Assembly: GCA_947474065.1 (NCBI GenBank)
Contig: CANJHD010000007.1
Location: forward strand, 2,365 to 66,364
DNA: 64,000 nt
Origin: Planctomycetaceae bacterium
GTDB lineage: Bacteria; Planctomycetota; Phycisphaerae; Phycisphaerales; SM1A02
Direction: 5' to 3'
Part shown: positions 47,031-57,770 of the stretch, in pieces
How positions within the stretch are numbered: position 1 is the stretch's first letter
How the letters are laid out: every line of letters starts with the position of its first letter
The notes under the pieces: generated by a model
The model's database searches: none
What the model saw: the letters and a program-made list of their open reading frames with translations, nothing else
Told to the model about the DNA's origin: nothing
Translations under genes and position numbers: made by a program

Positions 47031-49406
47031 ATGTCCCTGTTCGCTTCCGGCGACCGTACTGTTTCGCTCCTTGCTCAGGTGGCGGTCGAACGATCGCTCG
47101 AGCGTTATCCCGATGGACTGACGTACGCACTTTCGCCTGAGCTTGCAGATGTGCGTGCTGGTGAGCGAGTCCGTGTTCCGCTTGGGCGCGGCGACTCTGC
47201 GGTCGAGGGAATTGTGGTGCGCATCATGGCCGCCGATGCGATGCCGGGTGTACCACTATCAAAGCTGAAGTTCGTTGAAGCGCGTTCGAGCGCGGCACCG
47301 CCGATGCCCGCACAACTTGTGGAACTGGCGCAATGGATTTCCGCGTACTACGTGTGCCCGATCGGAATGACTTTGGCGTCGATGACGCCCGCCGCTGTGA
47401 AGAAAGGCGTGGGCACTGTCACGCGCACGCTGGTTGATTTGGCGCCAGGATGGGAAGTGGCGATCGCTGCAGCGAAGCGTGTCACTGTGCAACAACGGCG
47501 CGCTGTCGAGGCATTGCGAACCGCGCAAGAAGCCGAACGGCCGATGGACGTTCGTGAACTGTGCGAGCGCGCCGAATTGGGGACGCCGGAGCCGGTAAAG
47601 CGGCTGATTTCCGCTGGAATTCTTGTGGCGCAGCGACGCAGCAAGGTGGAAGCGGAATGGCGCGCCGAGCGTGCTGCATCAGCGGTCGCGCCGCAACTCA
47701 CTGCTGCGCAGCACGGCATAGTGGAATCGATTGGTGCCACGATCGGCGGCGGATTTTCTCAGCACTTGCTCTTTGGTGTCACCGGCGCCGGCAAGACTGA
47801 GGTCTACATGCGGCTCATTGAGCGCACCTTGGCTGCTGGGCGCACGGCTTTGGTCTTAGTTCCAGAAATCGGACTCACTCCGCAGACTGGCGGGCGCTTG
47901 ATGGCTCGCTTCCCGAACGAACGCGTAGCAATCTTGCACAGCGGACTCACCGCGGCGCAGCGCAACCAACATTGGAACCTTGTGTCATCTGGACAAGTGC
48001 GCATAGTGATGGGCGCACGCAGTGCAGTGTTTGCGCCAGTAGCAGATGAGCAGCTCGGATTGATTGTGGTGGATGAAGAACACGACGCGAGCTACAAACA
48101 AGATCAGATGCCGCGCTATCACGGGCGCGATGTTGCTATTCGACGTGCGCAGATGGCGCGGTGCCCGATTGTTCTTGGAAGCGCCACGCCAAGTTTGGAG
48201 AGTTGGTTCAACGCAACGGAGCGAAAGTCGAGCGCGCTGCATGTCTTGCGCGATCGTGCCCCGGGACTGCGGCTGCCGCATGTAGAAGTGGTTGACTTTG
48301 CTGAGGAACGCAAGAAATTTCCTGATCGTCGCGTGCACCTCTTGGGCCCACGGCTTGCTGGCGCGATTCAGGAAACGCTTGATAGCAACGGGCAAGTGCT
48401 CATCCTCTTGAATCGCCGCGGCTATGGAAACTGGATCGCCTGCGCAGACCATCATTGCGGATGGCTGATGCGCTGCGAACGCTGTGATGCTGGCATGATT
48501 TGCCACAAATTGCCCTCTGCGGTGGGCGGAACTGCCACGCAATATGTTCGTTGCCATCACTGCCAAGGTGAGCAGAAATTGCCGCGCACCTGCCCGGTAT
48601 GTGGCAAGCAAGTTTCGGTGTTCGGACTTGGGGTGCAGCGCGTCGAGGAGGAACTTGCACGGCTTCATCCTGCGCTCGTTCCCGGATCAACGATGCTGCG
48701 CATCGATGCGGATTCAATGCAAGATGCGAATGACTTCCATGATGCACTTGGGCGTTTCGGTGCGGGCGAAGTGCGACTCTTGGTGGGCACGCAGATGATT
48801 GCCAAGGGTCTTGATTTCCCGGGTGTGCGTCTTGTTGGCGTGGTGAATGCAGATACCGCACTCAACTTGCCGGACTTCCGCGCCGCCGAACGCACGTTTC
48901 AATTGGTGAGCCAGGTGTCTGGTCGCTGCGGTCGAAGCGCGGAGGCGGGGCGCGCGATCGTGCAGACCTTCCAACCCGAATCTCCAGCAATCCGACTCGC
49001 AGCGGCACACGACTATGAGGCGTTTGCGACAGAAGAGCTTGCGCTCCGCGAGCGATTCGCACTTCCGCCGTGGCGACGTATGGCGCGAGTGGTAATCCGG
49101 GATGCTGACGAGGAGAAGGCGCGTGTGATGGGCGAGGAGCTGGCACGCGCGCTGACGATCGAGGCGGAAGGGATGACCGCGGCAACAGGGGCGCATGGTG
49201 GCAAGGATGCGACCGGCGCCATCGAGGTCGCTGGCCCAATGCCCTGCCCAATTGCACGGATTTCCGACCGCTGGCGCATGCAGGTAGAGATCACCGCGCC
49301 GAATGCTGCCATGCTTGGGCGATTTCTGACCGCGGCCCGAAATGCGAAGATCCTGCGCCCGGGCGAGACCTACGCCGTGGACGTCGATCCTGTGGCGCTC
49401 ATGTGA
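47031..49406 (+). CDS. priA: primosomal protein N' (replication restart helicase)
   Basis: Walker A GVTGAGKTEVY, DEEHD, and the Cys-rich zinc insertion (C..C...M.CH......C.HC.......CP.CG). Confidence 0.9.
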   Translation: MSLFASGDRTVSLLAQVAVERSLERYPDGLTYALSPELADVRAGERVRVPLGRGDSAVEGIVVRIMAADAMPGVPLSKLKFVEARSSAAPPMPAQLVELAQWISAYYVCPIGMTLASMTPAAVKKGVGTVTRTLVDLAPGWEVAIAAAKRVTVQQRRAVEALRTAQEAERPMDVRELCERAELGTPEPVKRLISAGILVAQRRSKVEAEWRAERAASAVAPQLTAAQHGIVESIGATIGGGFSQHLLFGVTGAGKTEVYMRLIERTLAAGRTALVLVPEIGLTPQTGGRLMARFPNERVAILHSGLTAAQRNQHWNLVSSGQVRIVMGARSAVFAPVADEQLGLIVVDEEHDASYKQDQMPRYHGRDVAIRRAQMARCPIVLGSATPSLESWFNATERKSSALHVLRDRAPGLRLPHVEVVDFAEERKKFPDRRVHLLGPRLAGAIQETLDSNGQVLILLNRRGYGNWIACADHHCGWLMRCERCDAGMICHKLPSAVGGTATQYVRCHHCQGEQKLPRTCPVCGKQVSVFGLGVQRVEEELARLHPALVPGSTMLRIDADSMQDANDFHDALGRFGAGEVRLLVGTQMIAKGLDFPGVRLVGVVNADTALNLPDFRAAERTFQLVSQVSGRCGRSAEAGRAIVQTFQPESPAIRLAAAHDYEAFATEELALRERFALPPWRRMARVVIRDADEEKARVMGEELARALTIEAEGMTAATGAHGGKDATGAIEVAGPMPCPIARISDRWRMQVEITAPNAAMLGRFLTAARNAKILRPGETYAVDVDPVALM

Positions 49407-49451
49407 ACAGACGCGCGGCGATTTACGTGTCCGTGAAAGCGCTGTTCACTC

Positions 49452-49457
49452 TATAAT
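49452..49457 (+). promoter_or_regulatory. candidate -10 element (TATAAT) upstream of sucA
   Basis: Perfect TATAAT within ctctataatcg, 55 nt upstream of the sucA ATG. The local context ctataatcg is the same as upstream of tRNA-Lys. Confidence 0.3.
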
Positions 49458-49512
49458 CGTCGGACTTTGCGCATCGCGAGCTGCGATGGCACATTGAGGA
49501 GCGCGCGACACC

Positions 49513-52470
49513 ATGTCAGACAGTTCGGGACACGGCCAACCCCCCCACTCGCCCCTCGCCTCCACTGGTCGCGCGGTGAATGCGTGGTCTCCTGAGTACA
49601 TCGAACAGATGCACGCCGCGTGGCTTCGCGACGCGGGATCAGTTGGCGACTCATGGAACCAATTCTTCTTGGGTTTCGAGCTCGGTCTCGATCGCCCAGC
49701 AAAGTCTGCTGTTGGCACGGGTGACACTGGAAGTTCGGAGGCGGGCGGAACCAGTGATGCGGCGCAGCCCAAGGTGCAGGCGCTCATTGACGCATATCGC
49801 CGCCTTGGTCATCTTGGCGCACAGCTTGATCCGCTTGGCACGGTTCGACCCATGCCACAAGACTTGGCACTCTCTGCATTTGGCCTGACGGGCGGCGATC
49901 TTGCGAAGACATTTGATACTGGCACGCTGCCGATGAGTCCACGCGCAACGCTGTCGGACATCATTGGATTCCTTCAGAGCGCGTACTGCGGCAGCATCGG
50001 TGCGGAATTCGGATTTGTCGCGTGCCCACGCAAGCGCGCGTGGCTTTCTGAGCGCATGGAATCAATGTCGCTGCGTTCCCCAATTGGCGGAACTGCGGCA
50101 CGCATGCGCATTCTGGAAAAACTAGTTGCCGCAGATGGGTTGGAGAATTTCCTAGCGACGCGATTCATCGGGAAGAAGCGCTTTGGACTCGAAGGCGGCG
50201 AATCGCTGCTTGTTGTTCTTGATGGCGTGCTGTCTGGAGCCGCGCGCGCTGGCGCCGAAGAGTGTGTGTTGGGAATGGCACACCGCGGGCGCGTCAATGT
50301 GTTGCACAATGTTGCTGGCAAGCCTGCGGAGATGATCTTTACTGAGTTTGAAGAGGCGTGGAATCCCCACTTCGAGCACGGTGGCGGCGATGTGAAGTAC
50401 CACCAAGGATTTACTGGCACGTACAAGACCGCTGACGGCGCTTCGCTGCGCGTTTCGCTCTGCCCGAATCCGAGTCACTTGGAATTCGTTGGACCTGTTG
50501 CCACTGGACGAACTCGCGCCCGGCAAGAGCGAACTCGATCACTTCCTGATGGCATTGCCAAAGTTCTTCCTGTCCTTCTGCACGGCGATGCTGCGCTGCC
50601 AGGCCAAGGCGTGGTAGCGGAAACGCTCAACATGGCTGGGCTAGTTGGCTACGACGTGGGCGGCACAGTGCACGTGGTCATCAATAATCAAGTTGGATTC
50701 ACCACCAATAGCAGTGATTCATATGTGGGCCCTTACTGCACAAATGTTGCAAAGATGGTGGAAGCGCCCGTGTTCCACGTGAATGGCGGCGATGCCGAAG
50801 CGTGTGAATTTGTGGCGCGCCTGGCATCGGAGTGGCGCACCACATTTGGTGAAGATGTGTTTATCGACATGTGGTGCTGGCGCAAGAATGGGCACAACGA
50901 AACTGACGAGCCGAATTTTACGCAGCCAATCTTGTATCGACGAGTGCGCAGTACTACGCCTGTGGCCGCGCGCTACGCGGAGCGATTGGTGGCCGAGGGA
51001 GTAATCGGCGCTGATGAGTTGGAGAACCAAACCAAGGCGCTCTTTGCGTCGCTTGATGCTGCGCAACAGCGCGCCAAGGTGAAGCCAATGGAGCCGGGGC
51101 ATGCGCCGTTCGAAGGTGCATGGAAAGGCATGACGGGCTCGTGGAATGATGATCCGGTGGAAACCGGGGTCTCGGCCCGCGTACTCAAGTCACTTGCTAC
51201 ACAGCTCGCAGAGATTCCGAAGGGATTCACGGCGCACAAGACCGTTGCGAAGGGCGTGCAGTCGCGCGCAACGATTGAGGAAGGCGGCGTGGAGTGGGCG
51301 CTCGCAGAATTGCTGGCCTATGGCTCACTGGTAGAGGACGGGGAAACCGTTCGCATCACGGGCCAAGATGTAAAGCGTGGCACATTTAGCCATCGACACG
51401 CCGCGATCTTTGACCAAGAGACTGGCGAAGAATGGATGGCGCTCAAGCATCTCAAGGGAGCCAAGGGGCGATTTGAGATGTTCAATTCGCCGCTTACAGA
51501 GTGCGCGTGCGTTGGATTCGAATACGGCTATTCGCTGGTCGATCCGCATGCCTTGGTAATTTGGGAAGCGCAGTTCGGAGACTTTGCAAACGGCGCACAG
51601 GTGATCTTTGATCAATTCGTAGTGGCTGCAGAGTCGAAGTGGTTCCGCTCGTCAGGACTCACGCTGTTCTTGCCGCACGGATATGAGGGACAGGGTCCTG
51701 AACATTCAAGCGGTCGTATGGAGCGATTCCTGCAGCAGTCGACTGATGAGAACATTCAAGTGGTGTATCCATCGACCACTGCGCAGATGTTCCATGTGTT
51801 GCGCCGGCAGATGAAGCGCAGCTTCCGCAAGCCGCTTGTTGTGATGACTCCCAAGAGCATGTTGCGGCTCACTGCTGCACAAAGCCCGATGGCGGAGTTC
51901 ACTCATGGACAGTTCCAGACTGTCATCGGAGACCCAGCCAAACCAGATCCCGCACGCGTCAAGAAATTGGTGTTCTGCACGGGCAAGTTGTTCCATGAAC
52001 TTGATGCGCAGCGTCGCGAGAATGGCAATGACGCGGTGGCACTTGTTCGCATCGAACAGTTGACGCCTTTCCCCGCCGATGAAATTCGTGCGCAAGCGGC
52101 GAAGTACCGTGGCGCAGAGATCGTCTGGGCGCAAGAAGAGCCAGAGAACGTTGGTGCGTGGCAAGCGATGCTCGGGAAATTCTTGACGCACCTCGGAAGT
52201 GCACCGGCATACGTTGGTCGCCCGACACAGGCCAGTTCGGCGGTTGGCAGTACCAAGCGCCACGCCAAGGAACAGGCAAAGATTGTGTCTGCTGCCGTGG
52301 GAGCGCCCGCAGGCAGTGGCGCTGAAACCGACGCGAAGGTGAGTGCAGCGAAGGCTGCCGGCGCAGGCGGTGGAACTTCCCGTGGAACAGTTGGAAACAA
52401 AGACAGCGCGGACAGTAAGTCCGCGACAACGCAAAATCCCTCGTCGGGCAAAGGCCGGAACGCGCACTAA
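49513..52470 (+). CDS. sucA: 2-oxoglutarate dehydrogenase E1 component
   Basis: 985 aa with N-terminal YIE.....W..D..SV, the ThDP region GMAHRGRLNVL-like (GMAHRGRVNVL) and WEAQFGDFANGAQV. Confidence 0.95.
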   Translation: MSDSSGHGQPPHSPLASTGRAVNAWSPEYIEQMHAAWLRDAGSVGDSWNQFFLGFELGLDRPAKSAVGTGDTGSSEAGGTSDAAQPKVQALIDAYRRLGHLGAQLDPLGTVRPMPQDLALSAFGLTGGDLAKTFDTGTLPMSPRATLSDIIGFLQSAYCGSIGAEFGFVACPRKRAWLSERMESMSLRSPIGGTAARMRILEKLVAADGLENFLATRFIGKKRFGLEGGESLLVVLDGVLSGAARAGAEECVLGMAHRGRVNVLHNVAGKPAEMIFTEFEEAWNPHFEHGGGDVKYHQGFTGTYKTADGASLRVSLCPNPSHLEFVGPVATGRTRARQERTRSLPDGIAKVLPVLLHGDAALPGQGVVAETLNMAGLVGYDVGGTVHVVINNQVGFTTNSSDSYVGPYCTNVAKMVEAPVFHVNGGDAEACEFVARLASEWRTTFGEDVFIDMWCWRKNGHNETDEPNFTQPILYRRVRSTTPVAARYAERLVAEGVIGADELENQTKALFASLDAAQQRAKVKPMEPGHAPFEGAWKGMTGSWNDDPVETGVSARVLKSLATQLAEIPKGFTAHKTVAKGVQSRATIEEGGVEWALAELLAYGSLVEDGETVRITGQDVKRGTFSHRHAAIFDQETGEEWMALKHLKGAKGRFEMFNSPLTECACVGFEYGYSLVDPHALVIWEAQFGDFANGAQVIFDQFVVAAESKWFRSSGLTLFLPHGYEGQGPEHSSGRMERFLQQSTDENIQVVYPSTTAQMFHVLRRQMKRSFRKPLVVMTPKSMLRLTAAQSPMAEFTHGQFQTVIGDPAKPDPARVKKLVFCTGKLFHELDAQRRENGNDAVALVRIEQLTPFPADEIRAQAAKYRGAEIVWAQEEPENVGAWQAMLGKFLTHLGSAPAYVGRPTQASSAVGSTKRHAKEQAKIVSAAVGAPAGSGAETDAKVSAAKAAGAGGGTSRGTVGNKDSADSKSATTQNPSSGKGRNAH

Positions 52471-52521
52471 TCAGCGCGTCTCGGGTAGATGACACCGCGC
52501 GCAACGCGCATGGAGAATGAC

Positions 52522-53778
52522 ATGCTGGATATTGTGGTTCCGAGCCCAGGCGAATCGATCACCGAGGTAACGCTCGGTCAATGGCATAAGCATGATGGCG
52601 ACTGGGTGGAGACCGATGAGGTCCTCGTCGATATCGAAAGTGACAAAGCGACGCTTGAAGTGCGTGCGCCAGCGGCTGGCGTGTTGCGCGTGAAGGTGCA
52701 GTCTGGCGCAGATCAGAAGGTGGGCGCGCCGATTGGGTCGATCGACACGGCAGCGGCGAAGCCTGCGGGCGGCGCGGCAACCGTGCCGGCGACGGCGACG
52801 GGCAACGTGGGCGCGAAGGCGCCGGCGGCGGTGGTTGTCGCGACCGCGACCGCCACAGTGATCAGCGATGCCACTGATGGCAAGAAAGCTTCGTCCCTTG
52901 CAAAGAAAGTGGCCGCTGACAAGGGCGTCGACCTCGCGAAGGTGACCGGCAGCGGAACATCCGGGCGGATTGTGATGGCTGACGTTGAACGCGCGGCAAC
53001 CGCGGTGTCGACGATTGCCAATCCGGTGAAGCCAGTGGCACCAGCGGCGATGCCGATGGCAGTCGCGGGCGCACGCGGCATTCGGCGCGAGAAGATGCCA
53101 AAAATCAGGCAGCGAATCGCTGAGCGCTTAGTGCAGGCGCAACACACCGCCGCGATGCTCACAACCTTCAATGAGTGCGACATGACTGAGGTCATGCGCC
53201 TGCGCTCGGAACATAAGGAAAGTTTCGAGAAGCACCACGGTGTGAGCCTTGGCTTCATGAGCTTCTTTGTGAAAGCATGCTGCAGCGCGCTCAAGCGCTT
53301 CCCAAAGGTCAATGCGTACATTTCCGGCGATGAAGTTGAGTATCACGATTATGCCGATGTCTCGATCGCGGTCGGGACTGATCGCGGATTGGTGGTGCCG
53401 GTGCTGCGCAATTCAGAACTGCTGAGTTTCGCAGAGATTGAATTGGCGATCCGTGGCTTTGCCGCGAAAGCGCGCGAGGGCAAGCTCACTGTTGATGAAA
53501 TGACCGGTGGCACATTCACCATCACCAACGGCGGCATTTACGGCAGCCTGATGTCCACGCCGATCCTAAACGCGCCGCAAAGCGCGATTCTCGGGATGCA
53601 CACCATCAAGAAGCGCCCGATCGAAGATCCGCGAAACCCGGGACAGATCGCGCTGCGACCGATGATGTACTTGGCACTCAGTTACGACCACCGCATCATC
53701 GACGGCGCAGATGCCGTGAGTTTCTTAGTCCACATCAAAGACTGCATCGAAAAGCCCGAGCGCCTGTTGCTCGACTGA
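52522..53778 (+). CDS. sucB: dihydrolipoyllysine-residue succinyltransferase (E2 of 2-oxoglutarate dehydrogenase)
   Basis: Lipoyl domain ([10 protein letters not shown]), an E3-binding domain ([21 protein letters not shown]) and the catalytic [17 protein letters not shown] lies 6 nt upstream of ATG 52522. Confidence 0.9.
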   Translation: MLDIVVPSPGESITEVTLGQWHKHDGDWVETDEVLVDIESDKATLEVRAPAAGVLRVKVQSGADQKVGAPIGSIDTAAAKPAGGAATVPATATGNVGAKAPAAVVVATATATVISDATDGKKASSLAKKVAADKGVDLAKVTGSGTSGRIVMADVERAATAVSTIANPVKPVAPAAMPMAVAGARGIRREKMPKIRQRIAERLVQAQHTAAMLTTFNECDMTEVMRLRSEHKESFEKHHGVSLGFMSFFVKACCSALKRFPKVNAYISGDEVEYHDYADVSIAVGTDRGLVVPVLRNSELLSFAEIELAIRGFAAKAREGKLTVDEMTGGTFTITNGGIYGSLMSTPILNAPQSAILGMHTIKKRPIEDPRNPGQIALRPMMYLALSYDHRIIDGADAVSFLVHIKDCIEKPERLLLD

Positions 53779-53791
53779 AATAGGCACCTAT

Positions 53792-56700
53792 TTAGAGGCG
53801 CTTGAGGAGGTCGGCTACCGCGGCTTCTAGTTGGGCGTCATGGCTCATGCTCTCGTCCTCGGCAGTCTGCGGGACCACGATGTCTGGCATTGCGCCGTGC
53901 AGCTCCATGTCGACTCCGTCGGTCGTGTACCAGCCGCGGAATGGAGTGCGCACCGTGGTGCCGTCAATGAGCGACGTGCTGCCAGTGGAAATGACGCCGC
54001 CGTAGGTCTGCGTGCCCACAAGCGTTCCGCGCTTGAGGGTCTTGAACGCATGCGCGGTGATCTCTGCATTCGAGAAACTCTTCTCGTTACAGAGCATGTC
54101 AATGGGCAACGAGTAACGCTGAATGAACAATCGATCCACGGGGTAGTGACCCTTTTTGGTCGGGTCGGCTCCGCGCGGCACGGTGTAGGCATGCGGCTGC
54201 ACCATGATCGAACTCAGGAGACGATCCGCAGTGGAACCGCCGCCGTTGTTGCGAACATCGATGATCAGACCGTCCTTACCGTCAGCCTGCGCGTACAAGT
54301 CCCGCTCGTAGACATCAAGGGATGCTTGATCCATCGCGGCAATATGGAGATAACCGATGCGTCCGTTTGAGAGTCGCGTGACCGTCTCGCGAGCGCGCCG
54401 CAGCGTGTCTTGATAGGTGAGTTCGCGAATTTCGCCACTTGAGCCAGGCAACAATATGGTGTCAAGTTCCATACGTGGTTGGCCAGGAGCGGGGGCACGC
54501 ATGATGCGAACGACCGTCTCCTTGCCAGCGGTGCCACGGAAGATGTCCTCAATGGGAACCCCAGCCTTCACCGACTCGCCATTGACAGCCACAATCACAT
54601 CCCCAACCGCAAGCGGAGTCTGACCCTTTGTAGCAGGGCCATCGCGCAGAATCTCCTCAATGCGGAACCCGCCGTCGGCAAAGACAGTGCGCGCGCCAAT
54701 GCGACCCACTGGCAATCGACCGGCTCCCTCAGAACCTGGGCTTCGAACGCCAAGATGGCTAGCATTTAGTTCGCCAAGGAACCGATTCGCAACATAATCA
54801 AACTCCTCATCGGTGCGTGCGCTGTTTGCTAACTTCGACCACTTCGCGGTGAGCTTCGGCCAATCACAACCATTCATAGTTGGGCTATAGAAGATGCTGC
54901 CCATGGTGCGAGCCATCTCGAGAAACTTCTGGTTGCTCTGCGCAGCCAAATCCAACTCAACCGTGTCGCTCAGATCGATCGCCTTTGCGTCACCTGCAGG
55001 CAGATTGACGACACTCGCGCCGCCCTTTCCAACCACCACTAACTTGTCGCCTGCCAACGTAATTTGCTGAATACCACCTGAAGCGCCAAGCTTCTTGGTT
55101 TCGCCGCCAGACCACGCAACACTGTTGAGCCCCGCAGTCTCGCCCATGCCACCCATAAAGTAGACACGGTCGCCAGCGGGGGAAATCTCAAGATCCATCT
55201 CATTGCCAGGCATCGTGGTCAAGCGCCGCAGGCGCATATATGCATCATCAAGGTCGAGCGGCTTCGGAGGATCCTTCTTGTCCTTCTTGCCATCTTTATC
55301 TTCGTCCTTCTTCGAGTCGTCCTTCTTGGGCTCCTCTTTCTTAGAGTCGTCCTTCTTGGAGTCGTCTTTCTTAGACTCATCCTTACTAGCGTCGTCCTTC
55401 TTGGTATCCGACTTCTTTGGGCTTCGCTCGGCTGCCTTCTTTTTGGCAGCTTCGGCCGCGTCCTTGAAATACTGATCCTGCTCAAAGCGCTGCATGCCTT
55501 CGAGGTCCTTGTCGAGGAAGACCATGTAAATGTCTCCATCGTTTTCCACGCGACCTGAGGAAAACGCAAGCACCTTCCCGTCTGAACTCCAACGAGGATT
55601 GACATCCATATCCGGATGACGCGAGATATTCACTGCCGCCGCGCTGCCGTCGGCTGGCTGGATCCAAATATCACTATTGAAATTGTCGTCATCTTGGCGA
55701 ATTGCCAACATGCGGCCGTCTGGGCTCCAACGCCAGTCGATGGACTGATCGAACCCCGTGCGCAGGTCCTTCTCTTCGCCAGTGGCGACATCGCGAACAA
55801 CCAGCGTGTTGAGATTGCGTCGGTACGCGACCTTCTTGCCATCTGGTGATGGACTTGGTCCACGCTCACTCACGGCAGGCAGCGCAATGAACGGCTTGAT
55901 TTCAATCTTCACAGCATCTGCCCAACGAGCGCCTTCGTCCTTCTTGTCTTCCTTTTTCTCGTCCTTCTTCTTTGCATCTTTCGGCGCGTCCGTCTTGGCT
56001 GCATCGGCTGCTACTGGTGGAACCGTAGCGGTCGGCACCGCGGCAGCTGCTGCCGGGGGATCTATGACTGCCGTCGTTGATGTTGCTGGAGCATCGGTGG
56101 CCACCGGGGCTGCGGCGACGGCCGGCACCGCGGCCGCTTCTGGCTTCACTTCTTCCTTCTTCGGATTGGTCTTGTCCTTGAACGTACTGCGAATTTCGCC
56201 TCGTGTCTGAACCACGGTTGCCTCGTAGATCGAGTCGTTGCCGTCCGAGTCGCTGGAAAACAGCAACTTGACGCCATCAGGCATCCAAGCGATATCGCGC
56301 TCACGTGCTGGCGTACGGGTGACGCGCACAAACGGAGAACGCTCCTCAACGCCCTTTACATAGACATCGCCATAGGCAACGATGGCAATGGTCTTGCCGT
56401 CCGGAGAGAGTTGCGCTTCCGAAACATCGCGCCCAACACTGCGTGGACGAATCCGGTCAGCCTCATCTTCGGCGGCCTGCATGGTGATCTTGACCGGCTG
56501 CGCGCTCGGCGTTGTTAAATCCAAGCGCCACAGCGAATCCCAGTTCGAAAATATGGCTATGCGACCATCGGTCGATACTGCGAGTTCGCGCACATCGTCA
56601 TCGAATGATGTCAGCTGCGTGCCAGGGTCAGAAGTCGGCGCGGCAAATTTCTTGCGCCAGATATTGATGCTCTTGCCGTTGCCGCGGTCACTCAGATAAA

Positions 56701-57376
56701 TGACGTCATCGCCGCATGGAAACGCCCAACCGTCATTGCCCTTCCAGTCGGTAAGTTGTGCGAATCGGCCTGTGGCGCGATCGAATGTCCATACATCGCG
56801 CTGATCTGGCCCTTGATAACCGCGCCGAAACCATGCGCTGCTGCCGCGCTCAAAGAGCACGGACGCACCGTTGCGCGTTGCGAGTGGATGCGAACCGAAT
56901 GCATCGCAGGCTCGCTGCACCGAGCCACCCGCGAGTGGCACCATGTATGGGCGGGCTGCGCGATAAAGATCACTCTCGCGCATGCTCTCGAAGTACGCCA
57001 CTGGACGACCCGATCCATCGACGCCTGTTCCACTCAGAAGTGCAACCGAATCACCAAAGGTGAGCTGCCGCACATCGCTGCCGTCGCTCTTCATGATGAA
57101 CAGATTCCGACCACCATCGCGGTCGCTATCAAAGATGATGGATGCGCCGTCAGGGCTAAATGCAGAGCGACCTTCATTGGCCGGGTTGCTTGTCAGGCGA
57201 AGCGCGCCGCCACCAGTCGATGGGCACTTCCAGAGATCACCGCGCCAACTGAACAACACGACATTGCCGTCCGGGCTTGTGGATGGGTAACGCGGCAGGT
57301 CCACCGTGTCCGCGCCGGCGTACGGAACGGCAAAGATGGCGAGGATCGAAGCGGCAATGATGGCGGTCGGCTGCAC
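53792..57376 (-). CDS. tricorn-protease-like S41 peptidase (beta-propellers, PDZ and S41 domains) with Lys/Asp-rich insertions
   Basis: TolB-like propeller repeats (SPDG..I.F.SDRDG), a PDZ domain (GDVIVAVNG) and an S41 core (GYLHI..M......GLIIDVRNNGGG; NEKSFSNAE). There are two K/D/E-rich low-complexity inserts. Confidence 0.85.
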   Translation of the reverse strand: MQPTAIIAASILAIFAVPYAGADTVDLPRYPSTSPDGNVVLFSWRGDLWKCPSTGGGALRLTSNPANEGRSAFSPDGASIIFDSDRDGGRNLFIMKSDGSDVRQLTFGDSVALLSGTGVDGSGRPVAYFESMRESDLYRAARPYMVPLAGGSVQRACDAFGSHPLATRNGASVLFERGSSAWFRRGYQGPDQRDVWTFDRATGRFAQLTDWKGNDGWAFPCGDDVIYLSDRGNGKSINIWRKKFAAPTSDPGTQLTSFDDDVRELAVSTDGRIAIFSNWDSLWRLDLTTPSAQPVKITMQAAEDEADRIRPRSVGRDVSEAQLSPDGKTIAIVAYGDVYVKGVEERSPFVRVTRTPARERDIAWMPDGVKLLFSSDSDGNDSIYEATVVQTRGEIRSTFKDKTNPKKEEVKPEAAAVPAVAAAPVATDAPATSTTAVIDPPAAAAAVPTATVPPVAADAAKTDAPKDAKKKDEKKEDKKDEGARWADAVKIEIKPFIALPAVSERGPSPSPDGKKVAYRRNLNTLVVRDVATGEEKDLRTGFDQSIDWRWSPDGRMLAIRQDDDNFNSDIWIQPADGSAAAVNISRHPDMDVNPRWSSDGKVLAFSSGRVENDGDIYMVFLDKDLEGMQRFEQDQYFKDAAEAAKKKAAERSPKKSDTKKDDASKDESKKDDSKKDDSKKEEPKKDDSKKDEDKDGKKDKKDPPKPLDLDDAYMRLRRLTTMPGNEMDLEISPAGDRVYFMGGMGETAGLNSVAWSGGETKKLGASGGIQQITLAGDKLVVVGKGGASVVNLPAGDAKAIDLSDTVELDLAAQSNQKFLEMARTMGSIFYSPTMNGCDWPKLTAKWSKLANSARTDEEFDYVANRFLGELNASHLGVRSPGSEGAGRLPVGRIGARTVFADGGFRIEEILRDGPATKGQTPLAVGDVIVAVNGESVKAGVPIEDIFRGTAGKETVVRIMRAPAPGQPRMELDTILLPGSSGEIRELTYQDTLRRARETVTRLSNGRIGYLHIAAMDQASLDVYERDLYAQADGKDGLIIDVRNNGGGSTADRLLSSIMVQPHAYTVPRGADPTKKGHYPVDRLFIQRYSLPIDMLCNEKSFSNAEITAHAFKTLKRGTLVGTQTYGGVISTGSTSLIDGTTVRTPFRGWYTTDGVDMELHGAMPDIVVPQTAEDESMSHDAQLEAAVADLLKRL
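55255..55445 (-). repeat. low-complexity coding repeat (KKDDSKKDESKKDD...) within the tricorn-like gene
   Basis: The plus strand shows reiterated (g/a)agtcgtc(c/t)ttctt units. The translation is about 60 residues of K/D/S/E. Confidence 0.8.
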
Positions 57377-57770
57377 TGGTATCTCCTTGGGTACCCCTGG
57401 GAGCAGGGGTGAATCGGTAGTTCACGCCGTGCGGGGTAATTACGCAAGTTGGAGCCCCGACAGGGGGACAGGTGATAGGCAGCCCCAACCACTCATTCGG
57501 GTGTCCTAGACCGCCAAAGAAGCCCGACAAACTTGGGAAACAAGGCTATCGAGCCGTCACAGGCGGAATTCTGTGGACGAGAACTTGCTGACGGGGTTCT
57601 TGAATCGGACATTCAAGGCGATGGAGGTTGGCGATCCGATCGAGACGCAGGTGTGTGCGCCCTGGAAAGCCAACAATAGTTGCCGCAAACGCGGCGAACC
57701 AACGATCGAAGTCCGCCGTATAGGTCAGGACGAACGACCGATGGATGACCCCCGAAGGGAAGGAATTCCG

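Noticed and set aside
53776-53800. An AT-rich palindrome (aaatagg-ca-cctattt) lies between the convergent sucB and tricorn-like genes and could be a bidirectional terminator.
   Set aside because: The stem is only 7 bp of weak A/T-rich pairs with a 2-nt loop and no flanking T-tract. That is too weak to call.
57573-57770. An N-terminal extension of the small ORF, giving 171 aa from GTG 57573.
   Set aside because: The extension has an odd composition (Cys/Trp/Arg), no ribosome-binding site and a GTG start. The internal ATG at 57771 has a good GGAAGGA site. Even the short version is low-confidence.
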